Source of the DNA: Limnochordia bacterium
Lineage (GTDB): Bacteria > Bacillota > Limnochordia > DTU080
DNA: 64,000 nucleotides
Assembly: GCA_050951545.1 (NCBI GenBank)
Contig: JBMNJG010000002.1
Location: 64,001-128,000 of the forward strand
Reading direction: 5' to 3'
Position 1 is the first letter of the stretch. Each line of letters begins with the position of its first letter. The position numbers and the translations under genes are program-made. The notes below the pieces were generated by a model that had not been told where the DNA came from, did not search any database, and was given only the letters and a program-made list of their open reading frames with translations. Below are positions 9,235 through 19,713 of the stretch, piece after piece.

Positions 9235-10371
9235 TTACCAAGCGATGGGGGGTATATCGACAGGCATGCCTCCGTTGCGCAGCGAGTCAGTCGCAGCACA
9301 TCCTACGGCCACGCTCATCCTTCCTGCCTCAGGCGTGGCTAGCGGCTGCTTGCCGTCAAGGATCATCTCTACGAAGTCGGCACAGATCAGCGGATCGGCA
9401 CCACCGTGTCCGCCTGAAGTACCCTTGACCTGATAGACGCGATTGGCGTACTCACGCCACGTATTGGAGCGACGCGTCTTGACCTCCACAGTGCCGTTGT
9501 CTAGGCACTCCATACGCCCCTCTGTACCAATAAAGACGTAGTTACGGTAGTAATCGGGCGTATAGTGACACTGCAAGTAGGTCGCCTTGATGCCGCCTTC
9601 CATATCCATTAGGACCATGCTATGGTCTTCAACGTCGATCTCTTGGCGGAAAGCGCACTGCTTTCTGCGACTGTGAGGCTGTGCTTCAACGCACGTGTCC
9701 ACTTCTGGACATGCATCGCAGGTGAGATCATTTGGTTTGTCTCCGCCGAAGTAATCAAGGCTGCCAATGGCGACAACACGCTTCGTGTACTGCCCTGCAA
9801 TCCAGTGCATCATGTCCAGGTCGTGCGAACCTTTCTGCAGGAGCAGTCCGGTCGCGTTTTCGCGGGTGCCGTGCCAATCATGGTAGTAGAAATCTCCACC
9901 AGACCCTACGAAATGGCGGACCCAGACGGCCTTCAGTTCCCCGAGCGTGCCGGAATCCACGATCTCTTTCATCACCCGAAATACGGGCATGTAGCGCATG
10001 TTGAAGCCTACCATCAGCTGCTTGCCGGAGGACTTCCAGGTCCGCAAGATGCGGTCGCAGCCCTCAATGGTAATGGCCAACGGCTTTTCACAGAAAACGT
10101 GTTTGCCGGCCTCCAGAGCTGCCACTGCATGCTCTTCATGCACGAAATCTGGTGAGGTCACTGCCACGGCATCTATGTCAGCGCGCTCCAGCATCTGACG
10201 ATAATCCGTAGTGACGAAAGCATCCGCGTTGATATCGTCAAGAAAAGCCTTTAGGTTAGCTTCGCTTACATCAGCCCCGGCTACAACAGTGGCTCGCTTT
10301 GACGCTTGCCAGTGCCGAGCGATGGCCCCTCGTCCCCTGACACCGATCATGCCAATTCGCAGCTTATCCAT
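9235..10371 (-). CDS. Gfo/Idh/MocA family oxidoreductase
   Basis: Rossmann N-terminus, CEKP, VGFNMRY, KGSHDLD, GGHGGAD. Confidence 0.9.
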   Translation of the reverse strand: MDKLRIGMIGVRGRGAIARHWQASKRATVVAGADVSEANLKAFLDDINADAFVTTDYRQMLERADIDAVAVTSPDFVHEEHAVAALEAGKHVFCEKPLAITIEGCDRILRTWKSSGKQLMVGFNMRYMPVFRVMKEIVDSGTLGELKAVWVRHFVGSGGDFYYHDWHGTRENATGLLLQKGSHDLDMMHWIAGQYTKRVVAIGSLDYFGGDKPNDLTCDACPEVDTCVEAQPHSRRKQCAFRQEIDVEDHSMVLMDMEGGIKATYLQCHYTPDYYRNYVFIGTEGRMECLDNGTVEVKTRRSNTWREYANRVYQVKGTSGGHGGADPLICADFVEMILDGKQPLATPEAGRMSVAVGCAATDSLRNGGMPVDIPPIAW

Positions 10372-10526
10372 GGGTGTCTCCCTTCACTTGCGCCGTTTGT
10401 ACTGCGCTCTACGCCATATCTCTTTAGACCGTAGAGCTCAAACTCCTGCATAGCACGAAGCGGCGCTTCACCTATGCGCCGCTTTGTTGGGAGTCCTTAG
10501 ATATCCCTTACCGTCGCTTGTCGTCC

Positions 10527-11927
10527 CTAGGGAGTCTTTTTTCGCTGTAACACTGCTGAAAGGCTGCCGTTGCCGAAATACTCCGGTAGGTACCGCTCAG
10601 CAGCTGCTAACATCTCCTCTTCGGATAGGCTAGTAGTTCGACCATCCTTAAACTGCTCTTGCACCCACCGGGCCATCAACGCCACTCCATCGTGACGCTT
10701 ATCGATGCGCTCATCACCATGCAGATCTAGCATCCTGTTCAGCCAGAAGGCTACGCCCGATGCACCAGCCTTATCCGTCACGTTCACGCCCAGAGGGCGA
10801 TTCAGCAGTGTAGCCGTATCGAAGATGTTATAGATCTCCTCGTTCTTGATCAGTCCGTCCGCATGCACGCCTGCAGAGGTCACGTTGAACTGACAACCTA
10901 TCAATGGCGTCATAGGCGGGATCTCGTAGTTGAGCTTATCTCGGAAGTAGTCGGCAATCTCTGTGATGACCAGCGTGTCGACTGAATCGTCACCAGTGAG
11001 ACTCATGTACTCAACCACCAGCGCCTCTATCGGCGTGTTACCCGTCCTCTCGCCAAAGCCCAACAGCGTGCCGTTGATCGCTGCACACCCGTAGAGCCAG
11101 GCTGTGGTCGCATTGATTAGACCCTTGTGGAAGTCGTTATGGCCGTGCCACTCAAGTCTGTCTCCCGGGACCCCGGCCTCATGGATCAGAGCGTGAACCA
11201 GGCGAGGTACGCTGCGGGGCAGCGTGGCGCCCGGATATGTGACTCCATAGCCCATGGTATCGCAGAGACGAATCTTGATCGGAATACCGCTCTCCTGACT
11301 CATGGCCATTACTGTCTGAGCAAAGGGAATGACAAAGCCATAGATATCCGCGCGCGTGACATCCTCTAGGTGACAACGAGGCCGAATACCAGCCTCCAAA
11401 CTGGCTGCAACCACATCGACGTACTGCATCATCGCTCGCTGACGGTCTAGCCCCAGCTTCGTGTAAATGTGGTAGTCAGAACACGAGGCAAGAATCCCGG
11501 TTTCCGCGATCCCCATTTCCTTGACCAGCTGAAAATCCTTCCTCGTCGCCCGAATCCAGGCAGTGATCTCTGGAAACTCATAACCGCGTTCTTGACAACG
11601 TCTGACGGCCTCTCGGTCCTTCTCGCTATAGACGAAGAACTCCGACTGCCGAATAAGACCTCGTGGACCACTCAAACGATGGAGGAGATCGAAAACCTCC
11701 ACAATCTGCTCCACCGTGTACGGCGTACGCGCCTGCTGACCGTCACGGAAAGTCGTATCAGTAATTACCATCTCGGCAGCCGGATTGAGGGGGACCTGCA
11801 CACCGTCAAACGTGATGCGCGGCGGAGCGGAATACGGAAATTGCTCACGCATCAGATCTGGTTCGATGCGATTGACCAGGGTGTAAGGCCGTGCCGAAAG
11901 CTGAAGCATCCAGTCTTTCTTCTTCAA
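10527..11927 (-). CDS. Re-type citrate synthase (isopropylmalate synthase-like DRE-TIM family)
   Basis: DTTFRDGQQ, QSEFF, HLEDVTRAD, HGHNDF, GERTGN as in clostridial Re-citrate synthase; TTG start after GGAGG. Confidence 0.8.
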   Translation of the reverse strand: MKKKDWMLQLSARPYTLVNRIEPDLMREQFPYSAPPRITFDGVQVPLNPAAEMVITDTTFRDGQQARTPYTVEQIVEVFDLLHRLSGPRGLIRQSEFFVYSEKDREAVRRCQERGYEFPEITAWIRATRKDFQLVKEMGIAETGILASCSDYHIYTKLGLDRQRAMMQYVDVVAASLEAGIRPRCHLEDVTRADIYGFVIPFAQTVMAMSQESGIPIKIRLCDTMGYGVTYPGATLPRSVPRLVHALIHEAGVPGDRLEWHGHNDFHKGLINATTAWLYGCAAINGTLLGFGERTGNTPIEALVVEYMSLTGDDSVDTLVITEIADYFRDKLNYEIPPMTPLIGCQFNVTSAGVHADGLIKNEEIYNIFDTATLLNRPLGVNVTDKAGASGVAFWLNRMLDLHGDERIDKRHDGVALMARWVQEQFKDGRTTSLSEEEMLAAAERYLPEYFGNGSLSAVLQRKKTP

Positions 11928-12061
11928 AGTGTTCCCCTCCAAAATCCGCCTGATCGCCATGGAGCCACAGAATGACAGATACACGCAATCGCTCCATAGC
12001 GGATAGTCATATCCTAGCATGGCTTAACACAAAAGGGAAGTTGGTTCATACCGTTGAATCA

Positions 12062-12076
12062 ATCAGTAAATCTAAT
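12062..12076. promoter_or_regulatory. Putative LysR box (T-N11-A)
   Basis: atcagtaaatctaat between the divergent citrate synthase and LysR genes. Confidence 0.35.
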
Positions 12077-12132
12077 GGATCGCCCTATGGCATGCAATAG
12101 GTCCCATGAGGGCCTGTGAAGGAGGCATTACA

Positions 12133-13056
12133 TTGGACCTCAGGTTACTGCGCACCTTTCAAGTGGCGGCACGCCACCTCAACTTTAGCCAGACCGCTGA
12201 AGCCCTGTATCTGTCGCAACCTACAGTAAGCAACCACATTAAGCAGCTCGAAAACGAACTAGGATGCGAGTTGTTCGAGCGTTCGGGCCGCACCTTACGT
12301 CTGACACCCGCTGGCGAGCATTTTACCGTCTACGCCAGCCGCCTCCTCGAACATGCTGATACAGCCATGCAGGAGTTCACCGCCTGGGTCGCGGGTCGAG
12401 AGCAACGCTTGAACGTAGCCGCCTCACCTATGGTGGCTCGCTCTGTCCTGCCATGGATCATGCGCACCTACAGAGAGCGCATGCCCACTGTCGAGACTGT
12501 CATCTCGGTTCTCGTTTCCGAAGAGATTCCAGCCGTCGTGGCCAGCGGTGAAGCGGAGATCGGCTTCTCCCGCATCGAACCCGACGATCCCCGACTCAGC
12601 GGTGAGATGCTCTACCCAGACCCTGTGATCTTCGTCGCTCCTCCTCACGCGTACAACGAGAACGCCGCGCCGTATAACGACTGGCAGGAAGCGGTACAGC
12701 GCTTCCCACTGATTACGCACAATCATCCCGGCTACTGGGACGATCTGCTGCTGGCCGTACGCCAGACCCTACCACGCATCTTCACGATGGTCGTCACCCA
12801 GGTAGATATCACCAAGCGGTTGGTCGAGGAGGGCCTGGGAACCTCGTTCTTGCCACGATCGGCTGTGCACCCAGAGATCCAGGCAGGACGCATGGTAGAG
12901 CTTCCTGTGCCGGAACTCGTCCTACCGGTTTCCGCTTCCTGGCTAGTCTGGAGAGCTGACAAACCTATGACAGCAGGGGCGAAATCGTTCGTGGAGCTGG
13001 CCAGGAATCTGCGCGACGAGCTGGTCTCCAAGGATTTCGATGAGATCCTCGGGTAG
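12133..13056 (+). CDS. citR: LysR family regulator, CitR-like
   Basis: LysR HTH (NFSQTAEALYLSQPTVS); THNHPGYWDDLL and VTQVDITKR recall B. subtilis CitR; divergent from a citrate synthase. Confidence 0.75.
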   Translation: MDLRLLRTFQVAARHLNFSQTAEALYLSQPTVSNHIKQLENELGCELFERSGRTLRLTPAGEHFTVYASRLLEHADTAMQEFTAWVAGREQRLNVAASPMVARSVLPWIMRTYRERMPTVETVISVLVSEEIPAVVASGEAEIGFSRIEPDDPRLSGEMLYPDPVIFVAPPHAYNENAAPYNDWQEAVQRFPLITHNHPGYWDDLLLAVRQTLPRIFTMVVTQVDITKRLVEEGLGTSFLPRSAVHPEIQAGRMVELPVPELVLPVSASWLVWRADKPMTAGAKSFVELARNLRDELVSKDFDEILG

Positions 13057-13096
13057 CGGGGTACACTATAGGCAAATCGTTCTGGGAGGTAGTAGC

Positions 13097-13282
13097 GTGG
13101 CCGATCGATTCCCTCGCCAACCACTGTGGACAGCAGAACGGCACAATCGACTGATAGAGATGCTCCGAGCCAGGCACACAATGGAAGAGATAGCCCGAGA
13201 GCTGAGCCTACCCCTCGACGAAATCGAGGCCCAGATCGAGCGTCTCACCCAAGAGGAGCACTCGCCACACCCCTACGATTGA
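13097..13282 (+). CDS. Small HTH protein (GcrA/Myb-like pattern)
   Basis: GGGAGG then GTG; WTAERHNRLIEMLRARHTMEEIARELS. Confidence 0.6.
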   Translation: MADRFPRQPLWTAERHNRLIEMLRARHTMEEIARELSLPLDEIEAQIERLTQEEHSPHPYD

Positions 13283-13497
13283 TCGTCCTCGGCTGTGCGG
13301 GGTGGTTCATTTCGACGGACGAACCCCTTCATGCCCCGTTCGACTTGCGGGCGGGGCAGCATCACCACCCTGCCACAGCCCTGGCATTTGAGGCGGATGT
13401 CCATACCAGTACGCAGAATCTCCCACTGATCTGACCCGCACGGATGCGCCTTGCGCAGTTGGATTACATCGCCCAGCTCAAAACGAATAGGCATCAA
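13273..13497 (-). CDS. DUF951 (YyzM-like) protein
   Basis: GDVIQLRKAHPCGSDQWEILRTGMDIRLKCQGCGR. Confidence 0.9.
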   Translation of the reverse strand: MMPIRFELGDVIQLRKAHPCGSDQWEILRTGMDIRLKCQGCGRVVMLPRPQVERGMKGFVRRNEPPRTAEDDQS

Positions 13498-13682
13498 TTA
13501 GGCTCACCCCCCTCTGTCTATCCCGCTCTCGCTCCAATGGCCCATGCACCGACTCCCTTTATTGTACCCGTAATGATGGGTGGACAGGAAGAGCTGAAGA
13601 GCCAATGTCCAGAAGGAGATCACTCCCATAGTGCTGAAGACTAGAAATTCAGACATTGTGCCTGATCTGAGGGGGTCAACTA

Positions 13683-14900
13683 ATGTACAGCACAGCTGGG
13701 AACAAGCACTCGCGCGTCGCGTTGGGTGTCTGGCTGGGCATCATGATTATCGCCTTTGTGGCAGCAACACTGGCACCTGATTTTCTCAAGTTACCTTCGG
13801 GGATCGCCACCTTCACTGTCTTGGGGCTGATCGCTGGTGTGGTAGCTGGGTCTGAGCTGTTCAGCCTGATCACGGACTGGCTGTTGGTACGGCGGAAGAA
13901 GCCGGCCAGTGAGAGCGCCATGATCAGTCGACTCTACCGCCTGGCGGCCTTCTTGGCCGTCGTCATGATCGTGGCCTATGGCTTTGGAGCGCTAGCCTCA
14001 TTTACGTCCTTCTTTACACTCTTCGGGGGTATGCTTCTGGGCTGGTCGCTGCAAGCGCCTGTCAGCGGTTTTGCAGCCTTTTTGCTCGTCTTGCTTAAGC
14101 GGCCTTTCCGTCCGGGTGATCGTATACAGTTCCCCAACCTGGGCCTTACCGGAGACGTGCACGAAGTCGGTCCCATGTATACCGTGCTTAACCAGGTCGG
14201 CGGCAGCATCGGCAGTGAGGAAGCGGTCGGTCGCTACATCTTGGTTCCTAACGCCATGCTCTTTAGTCAGGTGCTCATCAACTACACCGTGACCCAAGAA
14301 GCAGCCTTCATCCTCGATGAAGTGACTATCAGGATCACCTACGACTCCGATTGGGGTCTGGCAGAACGCTTGCTCTTGGCCGCTGCCAATGATGTCACCC
14401 CCGACATTATTGCCGCCACCGGAGTGAAACCCTATATTCGCTCTGACCTCTACGATTATGGTGTCTACCTGCGCCTGCGGTACATGACGCGGGTCAAAGA
14501 CCGCCCCGCCATTGCCTATGAGATCACCAAGCGGGTTTTTGATTCTTTTCAGCATGAGACCTCTGTGGACTTTGCCATTCCCTACGTCTACTCTTATCGC
14601 GCGGGTGCTGGCCGAAAAGACGATGAGCTGCTTCATGACGCAGAGTCACGCCATGTGCGCCAGATCGAAGTGAGACTTATCGAGCCAACCTACCAACCAC
14701 GGGTTGACGAACATGACATTGAAATGCTTATGGACAGCATCGCTGAGCGGGGGCTTCTGCAGCCCATCGTCGTCGTCAAGGATCCGCACAGTGACCTCTA
14801 CGACATTGTAGCCGGGCACATGCGCTTTGAAGCGGTCAAGCGACTGGGTTGGAAAACCATTCCGGCCGTCGTCCGTGGCGAGCACACACAAACAGCGTAG
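13683..14900 (+). CDS. MscS-family mechanosensitive channel with C-terminal ParB/Srx-like domain
   Basis: TM helices, RPFRPGDRI, VPNAML (MscS); C-terminus QPR...LMDSIAERGLLQPIVV...IVAGHMRFEAVKRLGWKTIPAVV (ParB N-domain). Confidence 0.85.
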   Translation: MYSTAGNKHSRVALGVWLGIMIIAFVAATLAPDFLKLPSGIATFTVLGLIAGVVAGSELFSLITDWLLVRRKKPASESAMISRLYRLAAFLAVVMIVAYGFGALASFTSFFTLFGGMLLGWSLQAPVSGFAAFLLVLLKRPFRPGDRIQFPNLGLTGDVHEVGPMYTVLNQVGGSIGSEEAVGRYILVPNAMLFSQVLINYTVTQEAAFILDEVTIRITYDSDWGLAERLLLAAANDVTPDIIAATGVKPYIRSDLYDYGVYLRLRYMTRVKDRPAIAYEITKRVFDSFQHETSVDFAIPYVYSYRAGAGRKDDELLHDAESRHVRQIEVRLIEPTYQPRVDEHDIEMLMDSIAERGLLQPIVVVKDPHSDLYDIVAGHMRFEAVKRLGWKTIPAVVRGEHTQTA

Positions 14901-14981
14901 GTCCAGCGTCGATTATTGCTCCCAACGGGTACGCTACCGTTGTGCAAATAGCGTGCCACGGCATTATCTGGGAGTCAAGCT

Positions 14982-17144
14982 GTGAAGCTATGGCGATTCG
15001 TATCTGTCAGCGCGATCCTGACTGCTATCACGACCTGTGCCGCGGTAAGCTTGGCTACTGTCGGTCTTGCAGCACCTCGTCTTTGTCTGGTGGTCACAGA
15101 CAGCCTGGACCTCATGGAGATAGCGACGGATGCCAGTTGGCAGCAACTGGTTAGTCAGGGCAGCATTGGTCTGATTAACACCCGTACCGCTGGGCGGGTC
15201 CATGCCGCAGCCACACATCTAAGCATCGGTGCCAGCTTTCGCGCCGATGCGCCCACTGGTGCCGTCCTTGCTCTGGACGCGAGCGAACTATTTCAGGGTC
15301 TGGAGGCTGGTGCGGCCTTCACTGCACTCACTCAACAGGCACCTGTGCAGGATGGGGTAATGGTACTCAGCCTGCCTCAACTGCAGCGGGCCAACACCTT
15401 CGCTACTTCCGAAGCAGGGGTGGGTTGGCTCGGCCGTCAGTTACGGGAAAAGGGTCTCTCGGTTGCTCTTGTGGGCAACTCTGACACGCTAGACAACACG
15501 CGCCGCCCCTCCGCTCTCATCGCTATGGACGAGGAAGGACGAATACCTCTGGGCAACGTCAGCAAGGAGCTTTTCCGCACAGACCCGGAGTGGCCATTTG
15601 GCAGACGTACCGACTACGAAGCGCTGTCTGAAACACTTTCGCGCTACCGTCATGTGGATCTGCTCGCCATCGAGCTCGGCGATCTGGCTCGCCTGGATGC
15701 CTATCGGGATCGCATCAGTGAGCAGCAGTGGCAGCGTTGGCGCAGACGAGCGGTACAAGAGATGGGGGAGTTCATCACCAAACTGCTGCAGAAGTGGAAA
15801 ACCCCACTTCTGGTCGTTGCCCCGACCCCACGCGCTGACCGACTTACTGCCGGACATTGGCTGGCACCTGCGCTGCTTGTTGAACCAAGGACCCAGCCAG
15901 GCCTTCTCAGTTCCCGCAACACCCGACGAGCGGGCATCGCAGTCAATATAGAACTGGCTGCCGTGGTGCTAGCCCTTGTCGAGGGTAACCCCCCGGAGCC
16001 GTGGTTTTCGCAGCCCCACCCCAACGCCATGGCCATACTGGCTAGCGACTACCAACACATCACAAGTACCCATGACCAGCGAAAACCCGTGCTGCAGAGC
16101 TATGTGATCTTGTGCATCATCGTCTTTTCCGTCTCGATGTTGATCATCTGGGCTACGACTTATGGCGGGCTGCGGCGTCCCGCAGTATGGCATATCACCT
16201 TGCTAAGCATTGCCGCCTTTCCATTGGCCCTGCTTATCTTGCCGCTAGTCGTTCCGTCTTCCGCTACCGAGGCGCTGGTAGTCGCTGGCGCGATCGCCAT
16301 TGCGCTGGCGTTGGGCGGGTGGTATCTAGGAAGACGCTCACTACACAGCTATCTCATCGTGCTCAGCACCACGAGTGCTGCTCTGTGCCTCGATCTTATG
16401 TGTCGCACGAACTTGATTCAACGGTCGATTCTAGGATACGATTGCATTGGCGGTGCGCGCTATTACGGCATCGGCAACGAATACGTGGGTGTGCTTCTCA
16501 CGTCAAGCGTGATGGTTGCTGGCATGCTGCTACAGACCTATGCGCACCGCCTTGCGCGCCCCATAGCCATTTTGTTTCTAGGGTTGGTCGCATTAGTAGT
16601 TGGTGCCCCCTGGTGGGGGGCCAATAACGGCGGTGCCCTAGCCGCCTTTGTCGGCTTCTCGCTAACCATACTTCTGATCACAGAGGCGCCTATCACCTGG
16701 CGCCAGCTCTTGCGCATAGCCCTCGGCATTGCTGTGGCAGCTGGTGCCGCGATCGCTGTTGACCTGTTCATGTGGCCGCAAAGCCCCTCGCATCTGGGCC
16801 TCCTAGCCCGCAGGGTCGCTACAGAAGGCTTGGAGCCCCTGGTGACTACGGCAAGCCGCAAGATCGCCATGAATCTGCGTTTATTCAGGTACACGATCTG
16901 GACAAGAGTTCTGGTTGTTTCCCTGGCAATCACCCTGTGGCTGCTTCACAGGCCAGCGGCCTGGGTGCGGCAGCTCTTGAAACGTTTCCCCGTGGTCTTG
17001 GCCGCCACAAAAGGGGCCCTTATCACAGCGGTCGTGGCGCTGTTAGTCAATGACTCTGGAGTGGTAGCGGCAGCCACTGCCATGATTCCAGTGACGACAG
17101 TCCTTCTTTTTCTTGCCATAGCACCCGTCTCGCAACAGGAGTAG
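14982..17144 (+). CDS. Conserved Firmicutes membrane protein (extracellular phosphatase-like region plus multi-TM C-terminus)
   Basis: Signal-like N-terminus, GARYYGIGNEY, GANxGG, SHLG, RKIAMN, NDSGVVAAA motifs. Confidence 0.7.
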   Translation: MKLWRFVSVSAILTAITTCAAVSLATVGLAAPRLCLVVTDSLDLMEIATDASWQQLVSQGSIGLINTRTAGRVHAAATHLSIGASFRADAPTGAVLALDASELFQGLEAGAAFTALTQQAPVQDGVMVLSLPQLQRANTFATSEAGVGWLGRQLREKGLSVALVGNSDTLDNTRRPSALIAMDEEGRIPLGNVSKELFRTDPEWPFGRRTDYEALSETLSRYRHVDLLAIELGDLARLDAYRDRISEQQWQRWRRRAVQEMGEFITKLLQKWKTPLLVVAPTPRADRLTAGHWLAPALLVEPRTQPGLLSSRNTRRAGIAVNIELAAVVLALVEGNPPEPWFSQPHPNAMAILASDYQHITSTHDQRKPVLQSYVILCIIVFSVSMLIIWATTYGGLRRPAVWHITLLSIAAFPLALLILPLVVPSSATEALVVAGAIAIALALGGWYLGRRSLHSYLIVLSTTSAALCLDLMCRTNLIQRSILGYDCIGGARYYGIGNEYVGVLLTSSVMVAGMLLQTYAHRLARPIAILFLGLVALVVGAPWWGANNGGALAAFVGFSLTILLITEAPITWRQLLRIALGIAVAAGAAIAVDLFMWPQSPSHLGLLARRVATEGLEPLVTTASRKIAMNLRLFRYTIWTRVLVVSLAITLWLLHRPAAWVRQLLKRFPVVLAATKGALITAVVALLVNDSGVVAAATAMIPVTTVLLFLAIAPVSQQE

Positions 17145-17204
17145 TGCGCTTTGTGGGAAATAAGACAAAGGCGGTTCGTAATTTGCACGGGGGTGTTGTA
17201 AAGC

Positions 17205-18875
17205 ATGCTATCAGATGTTGAAATCGCACAGTCGACCATCTTGCGTCCCATTGCGGGCATTGCACAGGATCTCGGGTTACACGAAGATGAACTTGAACTC
17301 TACGGCACACACAAAGCGAAGCTCTCTTTGTCCATCTTGCAGCGTCTGAAGAACGCTCCAGACGGCAAACTGATCTACACCACAGCCATTACCGCCACCC
17401 CAGCCGGAGAGGGAAAGACTACTACAGCCATTGGACTTACCCAGGGACTTGCCAGCCTTGACAAACGGGCTATGGTCGCATTGCGAGAGCCTTCACTGGG
17501 CCCGGTCTTTGGCATCAAAGGGGGTGCCACTGGCGGAGGCTATGCCCAGGTAGTGCCTATGGAAGATATCAACCTGCACTTCACGGGCGACATCCATGCC
17601 GTAGGAGCGGCTCACAACCTGCTCGCCGCTGCCATCGATAACCATATCTACCAGGGCAATCGCCTCAACATCAATCCCCGCCGTGTGCTGTGGCGTCGCG
17701 TCATGGATATGAACGATCGACAGTTACGCAACATCGTGGTGGGACTAGGCGGCCCGCTCAGCGGAGTACCCCGCGAGACTGGTTTCGATATCACTGTCGC
17801 CTCTGAGGTCATGGCCATTCTCTGCTTAGCCTCCAGCCCTGCTGACCTGAAAGAGCGACTGAAACGTATGCTCGTCGGTTTCACCATGGACAACCAACCC
17901 GTCTACGCTGCCGATTTGGGCGTCGCGGGTTCCATGGCCGTCTTGCTCAAGGATGCGCTCAAGCCCAACCTGGTACAGACCCTAGAAGGCCAGCCCGCCT
18001 TGATTCATGGAGGCCCCTTTGCCAACATCGCTCACGGCAACAACTCCATCTTGGCTACACGCATGGCCCTCAAACTGGTGGACTACGTGATCACAGAGGG
18101 TGGATTTGCCGCAGATCTGGGCGCTGAGAAGTTCTTTGATATTGTCCATGGCTACTCCGGCCTGACGCCGGATCTGGCTGTATTGGTGGCTTCTGTCAGG
18201 GCGTTGAACATGCATGGTGGAGTGGAGCGCGACCGCGTGGCCGAAGAGAACCTGCCAGCACTAGAAGCGGGTCTTGCCAATTTAGGGCGACACATTGAAA
18301 GCTTGGGCAAGTTTGGGTTGCCAGTTGTGGTAGCCATCAATCGCTTTCCGACAGACACCGATGCCGAGTTACAGCTAGTCCAAGAGTATTGCTCGAAGAG
18401 GGGCATCCGCTCAGCTATCTCCGATGTAGTCGCCAAAGGCGGTGAGGGCGGTCGAGAACTCGCTCAGGTTGTACTAGAGACACTAGAGAGTCAGCCAGCG
18501 AGCTTCCGTTCCTTGTACGATTGGTCTTTGCCCATTAAAGAGAAGCTAGAGACAGTAGCCCAGGAGGTCTACGGTGCTGACGGCGTCGTCTACACAGCAA
18601 ACGCGGAGAAAGACATCGCCCTGTGCACGCAACTAGGACTGACCGACCTACCTGTCTGCATAGCCAAAACACAACACTCTATTACAGATGACCCTGCCAT
18701 CAAGGGTGCCCCCACGGGCTTTTCGATCACCGTAAGAGAGGTGCGTCCAGCACCAGGGGCCGGGTTCTTGGTCTGCCTAACCGGTGACGTCATGACCATG
18801 CCCGGGCTGCCCAGGCAGCCAGCCGCTGAGATTATTGATTTGACTGAGGATGGCGTGATTACTGGCTTGCGCTAG
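17205..18875 (+). CDS. fhs: Formate--tetrahydrofolate ligase
   Basis: TPAGEGKTT, GIKGGATGGGY, HGGPFANIAHG, TMPGLP. Confidence 0.97.
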   Translation: MLSDVEIAQSTILRPIAGIAQDLGLHEDELELYGTHKAKLSLSILQRLKNAPDGKLIYTTAITATPAGEGKTTTAIGLTQGLASLDKRAMVALREPSLGPVFGIKGGATGGGYAQVVPMEDINLHFTGDIHAVGAAHNLLAAAIDNHIYQGNRLNINPRRVLWRRVMDMNDRQLRNIVVGLGGPLSGVPRETGFDITVASEVMAILCLASSPADLKERLKRMLVGFTMDNQPVYAADLGVAGSMAVLLKDALKPNLVQTLEGQPALIHGGPFANIAHGNNSILATRMALKLVDYVITEGGFAADLGAEKFFDIVHGYSGLTPDLAVLVASVRALNMHGGVERDRVAEENLPALEAGLANLGRHIESLGKFGLPVVVAINRFPTDTDAELQLVQEYCSKRGIRSAISDVVAKGGEGGRELAQVVLETLESQPASFRSLYDWSLPIKEKLETVAQEVYGADGVVYTANAEKDIALCTQLGLTDLPVCIAKTQHSITDDPAIKGAPTGFSITVREVRPAPGAGFLVCLTGDVMTMPGLPRQPAAEIIDLTEDGVITGLR

Positions 18876-19713
18876 AAGCATCCCTGGGGTACGAGCCCAA
18901 CACACGTACGAACGAGCAATGGTGGCGCAGGCCCTCGAGGGCCTGCGCCACGCCCGTATCATCGACATGCCCCTCCATGTCCACCAGGAAGATGTACTCG
19001 CCCAGGTGGCGCCGAGCGGGCCGTGACTCTAGCTTACTCAAGTTGATGTCCCGACAAGCGAACTCGTACAGAGCCCGATAAAGATGGCCGGGTCGGTCAT
19101 CTGGAAAAGCAAAGGAAATGGAGGTTCTGTCATACCCAGTCGCTTCAGGTAGCGCATCAGCGACTACAAAAAAGCGGGTGGCATTGCCCTCTTCATCCTG
19201 CAGATCGCGAGCCATTACCTCCAGGCTGTAGAGCTCGGCGGCCAGCTCCGTGCCCACTGCTGCCAAACGCAGGTCGGCCTTGTCACGCACGATCTTCGCC
19301 GCCTCAGCCGTACTACTGGAGGGACACAGCTCGGCCCCAGGTAGCATCTCACTCAGATGGCGCCTGCATTGTGCTAACGCGTGCGGATGCGAGTACACAG
19401 CGACGACCGCTGTGGGATCAGCGCCTGGCAGCGCCAATAGGCTATGGCGTACAGTGATGATCACCTCTCCAACGATGGGCACCTCTACCTCGTGCACGAG
19501 ATAGTCTAGGGTGAGCACTACAGACCCCTCGATGGAATTCTCGGCAGGTACTACACCCAGCTGCAGTTCACCAGCCTCAACCGCCAACAAGACATCGGCT
19601 ATTGTCCGGTGGGCCACCAATACCGGATTGACAATGCCCTGTCTGGCGACATACGCCCGTACGGCTTGCTCCGTGAAGGTACCGCGGGGTCCCAAATAGC
19701 CTATTCGTGTCAC
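18859..19713 (-). CDS. pheA: Prephenate dehydratase
   Basis: YLGPRGTF, PAENSIEG, SHPHALAQC, NATRF, ACT domain INLSKLESRP. Confidence 0.95.
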   Translation of the reverse strand: MTRIGYLGPRGTFTEQAVRAYVARQGIVNPVLVAHRTIADVLLAVEAGELQLGVVPAENSIEGSVVLTLDYLVHEVEVPIVGEVIITVRHSLLALPGADPTAVVAVYSHPHALAQCRRHLSEMLPGAELCPSSSTAEAAKIVRDKADLRLAAVGTELAAELYSLEVMARDLQDEEGNATRFFVVADALPEATGYDRTSISFAFPDDRPGHLYRALYEFACRDINLSKLESRPARRHLGEYIFLVDMEGHVDDTGVAQALEGLRHHCSFVRVLGSYPRDASSASQ

